The translations under genes were made by a program, and so were the position numbers. From the NCBI GenBank assembly GCA_028344335.1, contig JAOMAZ010000001.1, positions 11,468-75,467 of the forward strand: a stretch of 64,000 nucleotides of DNA, given 5' to 3'. The notes under the pieces were generated by a model, which searched no databases, had not been told where the DNA came from, and was given only the letters and a program-made list of their open reading frames with translations. Below, piece after piece: positions 18,351-28,444 of this stretch (position 1 is the stretch's first letter; each line of letters begins with the position of its first letter). This stretch comes from Deltaproteobacteria bacterium. GTDB taxonomy: Archaea > Thermoplasmatota > Poseidoniia > Poseidoniales > Poseidoniaceae.

Positions 18351-18411
18351 GCACTACGCTACGAGGGTACGGTTCAAATGGACTGCCCTTGAGCAAGGTA
18401 CGGGTAATGAC

Positions 18412-19413
18412 ATGTTAGGAGCGGTTCTTGGTATCGAATCAACTGCCCATACCTTCTCAATGGGTATGGTTGACAGCGAAGGAGTACCCACTCCTTCAGT
18501 CTCCTCAATGCTACAACCAAAGGAAGGAGGAATCCATCCACGAGAGGCTGCGGATCATCATGCTGATATTAGTAAAAATGTGTTGGAGGAATTACTCTCC
18601 AAAGAAGAATTGAAAATAAGCGCGGTTGCATTCTCTCAAGGCCCTGGTCTTGCTCCTTGCTTGCGAGTTGGAGCATCAGTAGCAAGGTCGATTGCAACTA
18701 CTCTAGATGTGCCGCTCATAGGTGTGAATCACTGTGTGGCCCACATCGAAATTGGACGAGAACAATGCAATTGTGATGACCCAGTGCTTCTCTATGTATC
18801 TGGAGGCAACACCCAAGTCATTAGCAGAGTAGGAGATAGATACAGGGTATTAGGTGAAACATTAGACGTAGGTATTGGCAACATGTTGGATAAATTTGCT
18901 AGAATAAACGGCATGGCATTTCCAGGTGGTCCGAAAATAGAAAAACTAGCTGCGGAATGGTTAGAGGAGAATCCTAATCCGAGGATGGAAGGTTTGGAGT
19001 TGCCATATGCTGTACACGGCATGGACTTGCAGTTCTCAGGGCTTTACACAGCAGCCAAACACATGGTTGAAAAAGGTACAGAATTAGGTGCCGTTTGTTG
19101 GTCATTGCAAGAACATGCATTTGCTGCTTCTGTAGAAGTAGCAGAAAGGGCATTGGCGCATACTGGTAAAACAGAAATCCTACTTGGTGGCGGAGTTGCT
19201 TGTAATAATAGGCTAAGAGAAATGGTAACTAAAATGGCTGAAGACCGAAAAGGTAGTGCTCATGTTCCAGATAGGATGTTTTGTGTCGATAATGGGGCGA
19301 TGATAGCAAGACTAGGTTGGCTACACCTAAAGCAAAAAGAGCATACTACCTTGGAAAACAGTGCTGTAAATCCGCAGTTAAGAACAGACCAGACTGTGAT
19401 TACTTGGTCTTGA
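18412..19413 (+). CDS. kae1: tRNA N6-adenosine threonylcarbamoyltransferase Kae1 (stand-alone)
   Basis: LGIESTAHT, GGIHPREAADHH, SQGPGL.PCLRVG, VNHCVAHIE, LYVSGGNTQ, GETLD, DNGAMIA. Confidence 0.95.
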   Translation: MLGAVLGIESTAHTFSMGMVDSEGVPTPSVSSMLQPKEGGIHPREAADHHADISKNVLEELLSKEELKISAVAFSQGPGLAPCLRVGASVARSIATTLDVPLIGVNHCVAHIEIGREQCNCDDPVLLYVSGGNTQVISRVGDRYRVLGETLDVGIGNMLDKFARINGMAFPGGPKIEKLAAEWLEENPNPRMEGLELPYAVHGMDLQFSGLYTAAKHMVEKGTELGAVCWSLQEHAFAASVEVAERALAHTGKTEILLGGGVACNNRLREMVTKMAEDRKGSAHVPDRMFCVDNGAMIARLGWLHLKQKEHTTLENSAVNPQLRTDQTVITWS

Positions 19414-19494
19414 GTAGGATAGCATTTGTAACGACTCACTGCGAGCCCTAACTACCCCAATAATGGGAAATTGAAAGTAATCGCAAGGTTGAGG

Positions 19495-19845
19495 CTAGGC
19501 TCCAATCACTTGGTAATCATCACTTAGGGGAGTTGCGCCTGTCTCTATCAGGATGATTTTACCATCCTTGAATCGAGCGAAGGACAAAACTGCTTCCGAG
19601 TCTGAACCGTTAGCGAAGTGCGCAATGCTATGCATAACTCCAATTTCGTCGTTCTCATACAATATTCTCTCGTGTTCTCCACTAACTGCATCTCTGCTTA
19701 CGAAACCTAGCAAATCCTCCTTACCCATGGTCATTCCACCTACATGTGGATTGAATACAAAATCGTCATGAATTATGTCTGCTAGAGCAGTTGTGTCTTT
19801 AGATGTCAAGGCGTCAAAATAGGCTTGTAAAATCCCCATAATCAC
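19495..19845 (-). CDS. NTF2/SnoaL-like protein
   Basis: YFDAL...D..AL..IIHDDFVF and FKDGKII pattern; 116 aa. Confidence 0.7.
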   Translation of the reverse strand: MIMGILQAYFDALTSKDTTALADIIHDDFVFNPHVGGMTMGKEDLLGFVSRDAVSGEHERILYENDEIGVMHSIAHFANGSDSEAVLSFARFKDGKIILIETGATPLSDDYQVIGA

Positions 19846-20016
19846 CCGAATAAGAACTAGGATATGAGAATTTCCAGTACATTTTCTGGTGAACGATTCG
19901 ATTTGCTCTTTCTTCTGAACCTATCCGCACACACTTCGCAAAACCGGATGGAGAATTATGTGAAGATACCAAACGAGTGGACTACTCCTAGAGAGCCCAG
20001 ATGCCTCAAAGGAGAC

Positions 20017-20442
20017 TTAGCAGCAACCGTGCTCCCGCATAGGTGCTGCAACAAACTCAACCTTGTCGACATCTTGGGTATTGTTCAGTTTATCAATTGC
20101 TTTTCTAAAGGAAAGCGCATTACCACGAACCTGCATCGTATCAACGCAAGAATGGCTTTCCGTCAAGCAATTATGATGGAAAGAGAATACATCGATTTCA
20201 TGAGAATGACGCAATTCCATGAGTTTATTTTCGACCCCGTGCTGGTAATAGATTACAATAGTGCCTTCCAATAAAGTGTCATTGTCCATTGTTTTAAGGT
20301 CGCCTCTGCGCTTAGCTTCAGCAAAATGTAGACTTGCATCACGCAAAAACATACTCCGGTTTTTATAGCCAGAATCGGTGATTAATCGTGCTAATTGTTC
20401 GGCGAACTCGTTGTCCGTACTGAATGAGAGTATTCGACTCAT
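20017..20442 (-). CDS. NikR-like metal-responsive regulator (RHH + ACT-like domain)
   Basis: N-terminal RHH (ILSFS...L..LI...GYKNRS.FLRDA); C-terminal GTIVIYYQH...H...HHNC...HSC, V.G; ends in EHGCC. Confidence 0.8.
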   Translation of the reverse strand: MSRILSFSTDNEFAEQLARLITDSGYKNRSMFLRDASLHFAEAKRRGDLKTMDNDTLLEGTIVIYYQHGVENKLMELRHSHEIDVFSFHHNCLTESHSCVDTMQVRGNALSFRKAIDKLNNTQDVDKVEFVAAPMREHGCC

Positions 20443-20453
20443 GATACTGTCTC

Positions 20454-20481
20454 TATGACGAAATTAATAATAGTTTTCATA
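20454..20481. promoter_or_regulatory. Putative NikR-type operator
   Basis: TATGA-N18-TCATA inverted repeat in the 62-bp divergent intergenic region. Confidence 0.55.
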
Positions 20482-20504
20482 TACCTATTAGTGGAGGCGA
20501 TGGC

Positions 20505-21647
20505 ATGGCAGAAGCACCATTTCTTTACGTTGCACTAACTCTAGTTATAGCCCTAATCGCTGGACTGATACCTGTTTTCTCAAAGATAAAAGACAATCAA
20601 GAGCGGTTGAAAATTATGACCGCCATAGCATCTGGAATTATTATTGCCTCTGCAATGCTGGTTGTAATTCCAGAAGGATACGAAATTGCAACCCAAGAAG
20701 ATGCACATACTGAGGATGATGCCTTAGCAGGTTCAATCGCTTTAGTATTGCTCGAAGTTAATCACGGAGATATTACTAATGCGCAAGCAATCGAGGAGAT
20801 TGAAGGTCTCCTCGGAGGTCATGATGATCACGACGGCCATGAAGAAGAATCTGATCACGACAGCCATGAAGAAGAATCGAATCATGAAGCCAGTGATGAA
20901 ACACTTTCCGATTCTGTAAAGCACATCATCGAAGAATATGAGGAAGGTGCGATTAATGCAACTGCTGCCTTAAATGAGATTGAAACTGCAATATCCGGCC
21001 ACAATCATGCTGGCGAAGAAAGTCATGCTGAGCATATTAATGGACTACTGTTGGGTGGAGCGATTCTCGCAGGGTTCATGATGATGTTCATCCTTGAAGG
21101 TTCGGGAATTGGCCATGCTGTTCACGAGGAGCACCACAACCACGGCGATGAGCATGGGCACGAGCATGTCCACCACAGCAACTCCGGCTGGATGTTAGTT
21201 CTCGGTTTGACCCTGCACTCCGCAACCGATGGTTTGGCAATAGGTGCAGCTGCAGCATCTGGTAGTATCGCATTGACCGCGACCGTTGCCCTTGCAGTAT
21301 TGATTCACAAAGCACCAGCTGCATTTAGCCTAGGTGTCTTCTCGATGCACGAGAGAGAAGAGAGAAATGATACAATCAAAGATGTTGTCATTTTTTCACT
21401 CGCTACACCTGTCATGATGCTATTAGCATACTACGCTCTTGCAGACCTAGAGTCTCACCTCATCGGTTTGGCTATGCTATTCTCCGCTGGAACTTTTCTC
21501 TACATTGCAACCGTAGACACATTGCCTGATATCCACAACCCAGAAACAGGAAAGAAAGCGGTGATGTACGTTCTAGTAGGAGTTGCAATCCTGACACTTC
21601 TACTGATTTTAGCAAATACTGTAGGCTTACTTGAGCATGCTCATTGA
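20505..21647 (+). CDS. ZIP-family metal (Zn) transporter with His-rich insertions
   Basis: LHSATDGLAIG, AVLIHKAPAAF, FSLATP, FSAGTFLYIA...LPD; about 8 TM segments; His/acidic loops. Confidence 0.9.
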   Translation: MAEAPFLYVALTLVIALIAGLIPVFSKIKDNQERLKIMTAIASGIIIASAMLVVIPEGYEIATQEDAHTEDDALAGSIALVLLEVNHGDITNAQAIEEIEGLLGGHDDHDGHEEESDHDSHEEESNHEASDETLSDSVKHIIEEYEEGAINATAALNEIETAISGHNHAGEESHAEHINGLLLGGAILAGFMMMFILEGSGIGHAVHEEHHNHGDEHGHEHVHHSNSGWMLVLGLTLHSATDGLAIGAAAASGSIALTATVALAVLIHKAPAAFSLGVFSMHEREERNDTIKDVVIFSLATPVMMLLAYYALADLESHLIGLAMLFSAGTFLYIATVDTLPDIHNPETGKKAVMYVLVGVAILTLLLILANTVGLLEHAH

Positions 21648-22039
21648 AAAATCGCATGGTAGCCCTTGTGAACAACCGTTTTCAACAACGTTCATTTTTG
21701 AACATACATAATGACAGGTAGTTTGTCATTTTTCGCGCTTTCCATCAACGCAAACGGAACCATAACCAATGAACAAAGCATAAACAATGAGCCGACACAA
21801 CAACCGTCTGACACGGCCATTGAACCAGAACTGGTTGAACCACCACCCCATACAATCAACAACACACCAATAACAAAGGCAACGGTTGTAAGGATGTCAT
21901 GGAATAGGCATATTATGTTACCAATGGATGGATGTCAGTAACTTCTCTGCACACCCTCTGTATTTTATTTTCCGGTACAAAGGGGTTCAGTGGTTTGATA
22001 CAGACGCTAGCCCGTAAGGACGGTGGGCCATTCGAGTAG

Positions 22040-22462
22040 CTAATATGCGTCTGCGTAATCATTTCTCGCCTCTGATGTTTCCACCAGATACTCCACAAAC
22101 TCAAACTCATTGCCATCCTCATCAAAAAAATAAGCCCTCTTCCTTGCTGAATGTAGAGGCACTTCCATACCTTCTCTATAACCAGCAGAACGCATCCTCA
22201 AGCATAAAGCATCCAGTTCATCCACCACAAATCCAAGGTGATTTAATCCCGGATGCACATAGGGCTCATGAGGGCCTTTCACAGTTGCACCTCTATCTTC
22301 AATTGCGATATAATGAGTTGAGGAGCCAAAATGAACCCACCTTCCTGTGCGCCCAATATTATCAGCCCTAACCTTCCAGTCCGGAAATGCTGTAGAAAGG
22401 AAGAGAAGCGTTTTATCGATATCAACAACGGTCATGTTTACGTGTTCCAGAAAGGGCTCCAT
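22040..22462 (-). CDS. VOC (glyoxalase-like) family protein
   Basis: LEHVNMTV.D, GLNHLGFVVD, YFFDEDGNEFEFV. Confidence 0.85.
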   Translation of the reverse strand: MEPFLEHVNMTVVDIDKTLLFLSTAFPDWKVRADNIGRTGRWVHFGSSTHYIAIEDRGATVKGPHEPYVHPGLNHLGFVVDELDALCLRMRSAGYREGMEVPLHSARKRAYFFDEDGNEFEFVEYLVETSEARNDYADAY

Positions 22463-22666
22463 ACATTGCTCAAGCGTTCAAAAGAGAATAAGGTGCCGAT
22501 TAAATATTCATCACTTTTTACCTTCCCACGTACTGTATATCTGTGTCATATCAACGCCAAATGAGGAACCTGAAAATAGGAGAAGTGGCCCCTGTTGAGG
22601 CCAAGACTCCTTTCAAAAGCGTTATCAGCCTAAGACGCGGCCAAGGCACTTGAGGTTGATTTCCAC

Positions 22667-23458
22667 TTGCGACGCAGAGACGAGGATGTGCCCAATCCCT
22701 TTTCCAAAGGGCCTGCTCGCCCTACCCGTAAAGTGCCACCAAAGTCTAAGCCTCAGCCAAAAAAACAAAACCGTCCTCAACCCCAGCATTCTACTAAGGC
22801 AGCAGCCGATAAAAAGCGCAAAGAAGCACTGGCTCAATTGAAAAACCAATCTAACCAATCTGCTAGTGGTCCTGCAAAAGCAGGGGGTGGCGACCGTGGT
22901 TCAAAAACTACTGCTAATGTGTCCGGTAGGAAAAAGGAAATAAAACAGGAAACTCGAGAGGACCGCCTTGCTGAATTAAGCCGTCAACAACGAGTCATGG
23001 GTGGGGAGACTGAGATCAAACCAGGAGTTGCCAAAAAGCAACATGAATCTTCAATCAAGCCTTCAGAAGAAGCAATCGCTTCAGTTCAACCAAAGGCAGA
23101 GCCAGTCAATGTCTTTGCTCCAAAGCCAAAGGGTGCAAAGGCAAAGGCCGGAGCGCCTGCTCGTCGCTTTAATAGGCGCCGAGAAAAGAAGGGTGGAGGT
23201 CGCCAACCACAGGTTAAAAAATTAGACCGCCGCAAGTATTTGGAATACAAGTACGTGGTTCGTGATTTATTAGATGATGATGCTATCGATGAAGAGAACC
23301 GCTCTAATGTGCTTGGACAAGTCTGGGCAAAAGGCGAGAGGATTAGTGTCGATGCGGCTATTGAATTCATAGATGAAAAACAAACAGAACTGATAATCCC
23401 CAAGAGTGTTGCAGATGACTTGCGTTCTCTTGTAAAGAAATATACAACTAAGAGATAA
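22667..23458 (+). CDS. Hypothetical protein (basic low-complexity N-terminus, small helical C-terminal domain)
   Basis: Long ORF ending 9 nt before slyD; K/R/P/Q-rich; C-terminal LDRRKYLEYKY...YTTKR. Confidence 0.7.
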   Translation: MRRRDEDVPNPFSKGPARPTRKVPPKSKPQPKKQNRPQPQHSTKAAADKKRKEALAQLKNQSNQSASGPAKAGGGDRGSKTTANVSGRKKEIKQETREDRLAELSRQQRVMGGETEIKPGVAKKQHESSIKPSEEAIASVQPKAEPVNVFAPKPKGAKAKAGAPARRFNRRREKKGGGRQPQVKKLDRRKYLEYKYVVRDLLDDDAIDEENRSNVLGQVWAKGERISVDAAIEFIDEKQTELIIPKSVADDLRSLVKKYTTKR

Positions 23459-23467
23459 GGTGTTAAA

Positions 23468-23962
23468 ATGGACGAAGATTTGAAAATGGAAAAAGATATG
23501 ATTGCTAGTGTACATTATACTGGTACTTTGAAAGATGGTGAACAATTTGACAGCAGTGAAGGTCGTGACCCTCTAACTTTTCTAGTTGGGCACATGCAGA
23601 TGATCCCCGGCTTTGAAGAAGAAATGATAGATGCTAAGGTTGGCGAAAGTAGAACCTTCACCCTTACACCTGACCGTGCCTATGGTCAGCGCGACGAAAG
23701 CGGAATCATCGAGATTCCTCGTGAACAATTTCCCGAAGAAATGGAATTGGAAGTAGGAATGACTCTTGTTGCTGATATGGAAAATGGACCTGCCCCTTTC
23801 AATATCCTTGAAGTAAATGATACAATTGTTAAGGCTGACTTCAACCATAAGTTGGCTGGAGAATCCCTTACCTTTACTGTTGAGATAGTCGAACTACGCA
23901 AAGCTAGCGAAGAAGAGTTGGCACACGGCCATGCTCATGGACCCGGCGGACACCATCACTGA
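23468..23962 (+). CDS. slyD: FKBP-type peptidyl-prolyl isomerase, SlyD-like
   Basis: HYTGTL.DG..FDSS, MIPGFEE, AYG, DFNHKLAG..L.F.VE, His-rich tail. Confidence 0.93.
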   Translation: MDEDLKMEKDMIASVHYTGTLKDGEQFDSSEGRDPLTFLVGHMQMIPGFEEEMIDAKVGESRTFTLTPDRAYGQRDESGIIEIPREQFPEEMELEVGMTLVADMENGPAPFNILEVNDTIVKADFNHKLAGESLTFTVEIVELRKASEEELAHGHAHGPGGHHH

Positions 23963-24012
23963 GCCAACATCCATGCGGAAGGCTTGAGCATGGAATCGGT
24001 TGTGAGTTAATC

Positions 24013-25602
24013 ATGGGGCGGCAGCCATCTAGCCGGAAAGAGCAGTGGAAGACACTGGGTGGCTTGGATGTTCCAGCCAATTCCGGTGCTCATCACGACC
24101 AAGATGTTGGCTCTCCAGGACAGCCACCATATACTCGTGGCATCCATTCTTCGATGTACCGCTCACGCTTTTGGACAATGCGTCAATATGCTGGGTTTTC
24201 TTCTGCTAAAGCCACTAATGACCGATTCAAATTGTTACTAGATAGAGGCCAAAGCGGCCTTTCTGTAGCCTTTGACTTACCTACTCAATTAGGTTTGGAT
24301 GCAGATGATCCACTATCAGAAGGTGAAGTTGGTAAAGTGGGTGTTTCTATCTCTTGCTTGGAAAATATGCGCCAATTATTCGATGGGATCCCAATGGATA
24401 AGGTCTCTACTTCGATGACTATCAATGCTCCAGCAATGGTCTTACTTGCCATGTACATAGCGGTAGCTGAAGAACAAGGAGTTGATCCTGCTTCTTTGAG
24501 GGGGACTATTCAAAATGATATTCTCAAAGAATACATCGCCCGAGGAACCCATATCTTCCCACCAAATGCATCGATGCGTTTGATAACCGATATTTTCGAT
24601 TATTGTTCTCAGTCTGTACCCCAATGGAATACGATAAGTATCAGCGGTTATCACATTCGGGAGGCTGGCTCTACTGCCGTTCAAGAAGTTGCTTTCACCT
24701 TGTCAAATGCCTTGGCTTATGTAGAGGAGGCTGTTGGCTCTGGGCTTGATATTGATGTCTTTGGTCCTCGTCTATCGTTTTTCTTTAATTGCCATAATGA
24801 TTTCTTTGAAGAGGTAGCAAAATTTAGAGCAGCGCGAGCATTATGGTATGAACTAATCAACGAAAAATACTCTCCCCAAAACCCGAAAAGCGCCATGTTA
24901 CGCTTCCATACCCAAGTAGCAGGAGTTTCGCTAACCGCCCAACAACCCTTGAACAATGTAGCAAGAGTTACCATACAAGCACTGGCCGCAGTGTGTGGAG
25001 GCACTCAATCCCTTCACACAAATTCCTATGATGAAGCATTAGGGCTCCCCACGGAGGAAAGCGCTACTGTTGCGTTACGAACTCAACAAGTTATTGCCGA
25101 AGAAAGTGGTGTTGCTGACGTTGTAGACCCACTTGGAGGGTCATGGTATGTGGAAGACCTAACACGACGATTGAAGGATGCTGCTAAGAAAGAAATAAAG
25201 AAAATAGAGGAAATGGGAGGGGCTATGAAAGGAATAGAAGCAGGCTACCAACAGCGCTGCATCCATGAAACTGCATATCAACATCAAAACATGGTTGAAT
25301 CGGGAGAAAGGAGAATTATCGGAGTCAACCATGCTCAAATGGTAGAAGATGAGCCCAAAGCGGGCCAAGCTCTTGACCCAACTGTTGGAATTGAGCAATC
25401 TAAATTACTCCTAAAATTGAGACAAAGTAGGGATGAAATAGAGTGTTGCGATTCTATTGAAAAAATAACTCAAGCAGCAAAAGGAGATGAAAATTTATTC
25501 CCACTGGTTATCGATGCTGTGAAAGCAGGTGCAAGCCTTGGCGAAATCATCAATGCGATGAAGAGTGTTTTTGGAACCTACATGGCGCCAAGCGGATTTT
25601 GA
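24013..25602 (+). CDS. Methylmalonyl-CoA mutase, large (substrate-binding) subunit
   Basis: PYTRGI, WTMRQYAGF, GLSVAFDLPT, GTIQNDILKEY.ARGT, SISGYHIREAG, GGTQSLHTN; no B12-binding domain. Confidence 0.93.
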   Translation: MGRQPSSRKEQWKTLGGLDVPANSGAHHDQDVGSPGQPPYTRGIHSSMYRSRFWTMRQYAGFSSAKATNDRFKLLLDRGQSGLSVAFDLPTQLGLDADDPLSEGEVGKVGVSISCLENMRQLFDGIPMDKVSTSMTINAPAMVLLAMYIAVAEEQGVDPASLRGTIQNDILKEYIARGTHIFPPNASMRLITDIFDYCSQSVPQWNTISISGYHIREAGSTAVQEVAFTLSNALAYVEEAVGSGLDIDVFGPRLSFFFNCHNDFFEEVAKFRAARALWYELINEKYSPQNPKSAMLRFHTQVAGVSLTAQQPLNNVARVTIQALAAVCGGTQSLHTNSYDEALGLPTEESATVALRTQQVIAEESGVADVVDPLGGSWYVEDLTRRLKDAAKKEIKKIEEMGGAMKGIEAGYQQRCIHETAYQHQNMVESGERRIIGVNHAQMVEDEPKAGQALDPTVGIEQSKLLLKLRQSRDEIECCDSIEKITQAAKGDENLFPLVIDAVKAGASLGEIINAMKSVFGTYMAPSGF

Positions 25603-25611
25603 GGTGAAAAA

Positions 25612-26037
25612 GTGACGGATATTGGAAGGGTTTTCATTGACCATATTGGCATTGCTGCGTCATCTCTTGAGGAAGGTTCGAAATTCTGGAGATTATTAGG
25701 ATTGGCCCAAGGTGAGCAGGATGAGGTGAACGAGGAGCAGGGGGTAGTAACTCGTTTTTTCGAAGTTGCAGCCTCTAAATCTAGGCCCCCTATGCTGGAG
25801 ATTCTTGAGCCGACTGGTGAGGATACTCCAATTGGGAAATTCCTCTCAAGTCGAGGTCCGGGCATTCAACAACTTTGTTTAAGAGTTGAAAATATAAAGC
25901 AAGTTATTGACCATTTACTTGAAAATGGTATTACAATGATTGACAAATCTCCGCGCCAGGGGGTAGGAGGAAGCATCATTGCATTCGTCCATCCCAAAAG
26001 TACCGGCGGCGTTTTAGTGGAATTGACTCAGCATTGA
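25612..26037 (+). CDS. mce: Methylmalonyl-CoA epimerase
   Basis: IDHIGIA, EQGV, EILEP, IGKFL..RGPGI, AFVHPKSTGGVLVEL; follows the mutase. Confidence 0.92.
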   Translation: MTDIGRVFIDHIGIAASSLEEGSKFWRLLGLAQGEQDEVNEEQGVVTRFFEVAASKSRPPMLEILEPTGEDTPIGKFLSSRGPGIQQLCLRVENIKQVIDHLLENGITMIDKSPRQGVGGSIIAFVHPKSTGGVLVELTQH

Positions 26038-26068
26038 CTTCAAGAACCTTTGGCGATTCGGCTATTTA

Positions 26069-26371
26069 ATGCGCACCTGTATTGACCACCTAATCTCTCA
26101 AGCGCACCTTGATGTTGTTCGTGTTCGAAGTGAAGTAGAATTTATTACCGGATCTCTTGAAGACCTACGTCAACAAGAAAAAATCAGCAACGATGCTTTC
26201 CTTGATGCTGGTGCAATAACTGGTGCATTGGAAATGATTGCCAACCATATCGACTTAGGTGTACCACAAAGAGAAGTTGGAGAATTACTACGTGCACAAC
26301 TAAGCCGTGCTGATTCTATCGAAGAAAAGCACCCTGGACTAAATGCCGCAATTGAAGCATTAAGGGGATGA
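26069..26371 (+). CDS. Hypothetical protein
   Basis: 100-aa helical ORF with ATGA overlap into the ABC ATPase. Confidence 0.65.
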   Translation: MRTCIDHLISQAHLDVVRVRSEVEFITGSLEDLRQQEKISNDAFLDAGAITGALEMIANHIDLGVPQREVGELLRAQLSRADSIEEKHPGLNAAIEALRG

Positions 26372-27210
26372 ACACCTTGTCTACCCTACTGACTTCAAGT
26401 GGGGTTGTCAAGCAGTTTGGGGAAATTAGAGCTGTTGATGGTGTTAATCTAAGTCTAAAAAGAGGGGATATAGTTGGCCTTGTTGGTGGTAATGGGGCAG
26501 GAAAAACAACGATGCTGAGGCTTTTATGCGGGTTATACAGACCGACTGAAGGTGGGATTTCCTTTCATTCAAAGTCTGGAGAAAATAGACCAATCCATGA
26601 AATTAGGGAAAAACTTGGAGTGGTGCCAGAATCTACTGGCCTCTATCACCGCTTGACTGCATGGGAAAATATTCGCTACCACTCCCGCTTGCATGGAATA
26701 GATGATGATGTTGCGTGGAATAGAACCTTGAGATTCGCAAATGCACTTTCAATTTCTGATGAATTACACAGGCATACACGTGGATTTAGTCGAGGAATGC
26801 GCCAAAAGACAGCTCTGCTGAGGGCATTAGTTCATGGTCCTGAAATTCTCCTATTAGATGAGCCAACTGCCGGCCTAGATGTTACTAGCGCCAGAATGGT
26901 AAGAGAATTAGTCCGCAAACTAAGAGACGAAGGTGGCACCGTCATTTACAGCACTCATCATTTGGCTGAGGCTCAAATGGTTTGCGACCGAATTATAATC
27001 ATGCATAATGGACAAATACGTTGTGATGGCACTCCGGATGAATTGATGGCAGAAACTAATACTGGAAATTTGGAAGACGCCTATGTTGCGTTAACTTCAG
27101 ATGTTGCAAGAACTGATTCAATAGAAGAAAAAGAGGGTAAGATGGCCCGTATTTGGCGGACTTTGTTGACTCCTTCACGACACAATAAGGAGGTTGCTGA
27201 AGATGAGTAA
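26368..27210 (+). CDS. ABC exporter ATP-binding subunit (NatA-like)
   Basis: Walker A GGNGAGKT, signature FSRGMRQK, LLLDEPTAGLD, H-loop STHH. Confidence 0.92.
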   Translation: MNTLSTLLTSSGVVKQFGEIRAVDGVNLSLKRGDIVGLVGGNGAGKTTMLRLLCGLYRPTEGGISFHSKSGENRPIHEIREKLGVVPESTGLYHRLTAWENIRYHSRLHGIDDDVAWNRTLRFANALSISDELHRHTRGFSRGMRQKTALLRALVHGPEILLLDEPTAGLDVTSARMVRELVRKLRDEGGTVIYSTHHLAEAQMVCDRIIIMHNGQIRCDGTPDELMAETNTGNLEDAYVALTSDVARTDSIEEKEGKMARIWRTLLTPSRHNKEVAEDE

Positions 27211-28444
27211 TTTCGCCCTTAGATTACGTAGGGTTCGCACCATTGCGTGGAAGGAATTAGTTGATTTTGTCCGAGATTGGCGTACTTTAGTTGCTGTGAT
27301 TGTCATCCCATTGCTAATATTCCCTCTGCTTTTCTTCGCTTTACCAAAGATTCTACAAATGGAGGCTGAAGAACGGCAAGCAAATGTATTAGATATTATT
27401 ATTCAAGGTGATTCACCAGACCAAGATTTGTTTACCTTATTTGATGAATCTCTTCTCAATTATAGTAGTGAATCATTACCAAATGGACTTGATGGAGATT
27501 TATCTCAACCTATGGGGGATGACGAGCGCCTGAGAAATATGGAAGTCTCTGCCATCTTGCGGCTTCAGCATAACCAAACTAACGGTACGTGGAATTATGC
27601 TATATTGAGAGATTCTACTCAGGAATTATCAGGTGAGGCATTCAGCAGAATCCTTGAAGATCTCAAATTATGGGAGAGTAATTTGACTAATGAGACTCTA
27701 GTTGCAAATGGTCTTGACCCCGAAGATACGCTCAATCCAATCCGTTGGAGTGGTGACTCTGATAATGCAGATGTGGCCTCTGATGCCGAACAAGCGGGTT
27801 GGGCACTTTCACTGTTTATTCCGATGATTGTCGCCATGTGGACCGCCTCTAGTGCAATTCAACCCTCGATTGATATGACTGCAGGGGAAAGAGAACGCGG
27901 TACAATGGAGGCGGTTCTTTGTTTGCCAGTCAAACGTTTTGATTTATTGGCGGGGAAATGGTTAGCAGTTGCAACGATTTCTGGAACTGGAGTTATTCTC
28001 CAAGTTGTTGGTCTACTATTTGCTGTTCAATTTATCACTAGCAGTAATTCATTCCTGCAAATGCCTGCTCTTTCAACCAGCGCCTTTCTATTGTTATTAG
28101 CAGCCGTATTATTATTCACAGTCATGGTTGTGGCCTTTGAATTGGCATTAGCAGTTCGTTCAAGAAGTGTGAAAGAAGCTGGGAGTGTACTCGGGCCAAT
28201 GATTATTCTCATCATTTTCCCTGCTCTATTTGCCCAATTTATCAATCTTGAGGGTATTGAAGGATTCTGGTTTGCAATTCCCGTAGTCAATATTTTACTT
28301 GCGATGAGGGAATTGCTAACTGATCGAGTAATTAGTGGACATGTGTTAATCTGGTTTGGAAGTAGTCTAGTCTATGCCTTACTTGCTGCTTGGTATGCAT
28401 CGAAGCAATTCAATCGTGAAGACTTGGTTGAATCAATTTCTTAA
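27203..28444 (+). CDS. ABC-2 permease (NatB-like)
   Basis: KELVDFVRDWRT, DMTAGERERGTMEAVL.LPV.R..LL.GK, RSVKEA, IPVVN. Confidence 0.88.
   Translation: MSNFALRLRRVRTIAWKELVDFVRDWRTLVAVIVIPLLIFPLLFFALPKILQMEAEERQANVLDIIIQGDSPDQDLFTLFDESLLNYSSESLPNGLDGDLSQPMGDDERLRNMEVSAILRLQHNQTNGTWNYAILRDSTQELSGEAFSRILEDLKLWESNLTNETLVANGLDPEDTLNPIRWSGDSDNADVASDAEQAGWALSLFIPMIVAMWTASSAIQPSIDMTAGERERGTMEAVLCLPVKRFDLLAGKWLAVATISGTGVILQVVGLLFAVQFITSSNSFLQMPALSTSAFLLLLAAVLLFTVMVVAFELALAVRSRSVKEAGSVLGPMIILIIFPALFAQFINLEGIEGFWFAIPVVNILLAMRELLTDRVISGHVLIWFGSSLVYALLAAWYASKQFNREDLVESIS

Noticed and set aside
18127..18411. 95-aa N-terminal extension of Kae1 in the ORF track
   Set aside because: Overlaps hutI on the opposite strand; homology begins at ATG 18412.
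19864..20274. 136-aa + strand ORF
   Set aside because: Mostly antisense to the NikR-like gene and has no motif.
21690..21941. Short ORF on + strand and a hydrophobic open frame on - strand
   Set aside because: The + ORF looks like a shadow; the - frame looks membrane-like but lacks a convincing start, so it may be a remnant and was not called.
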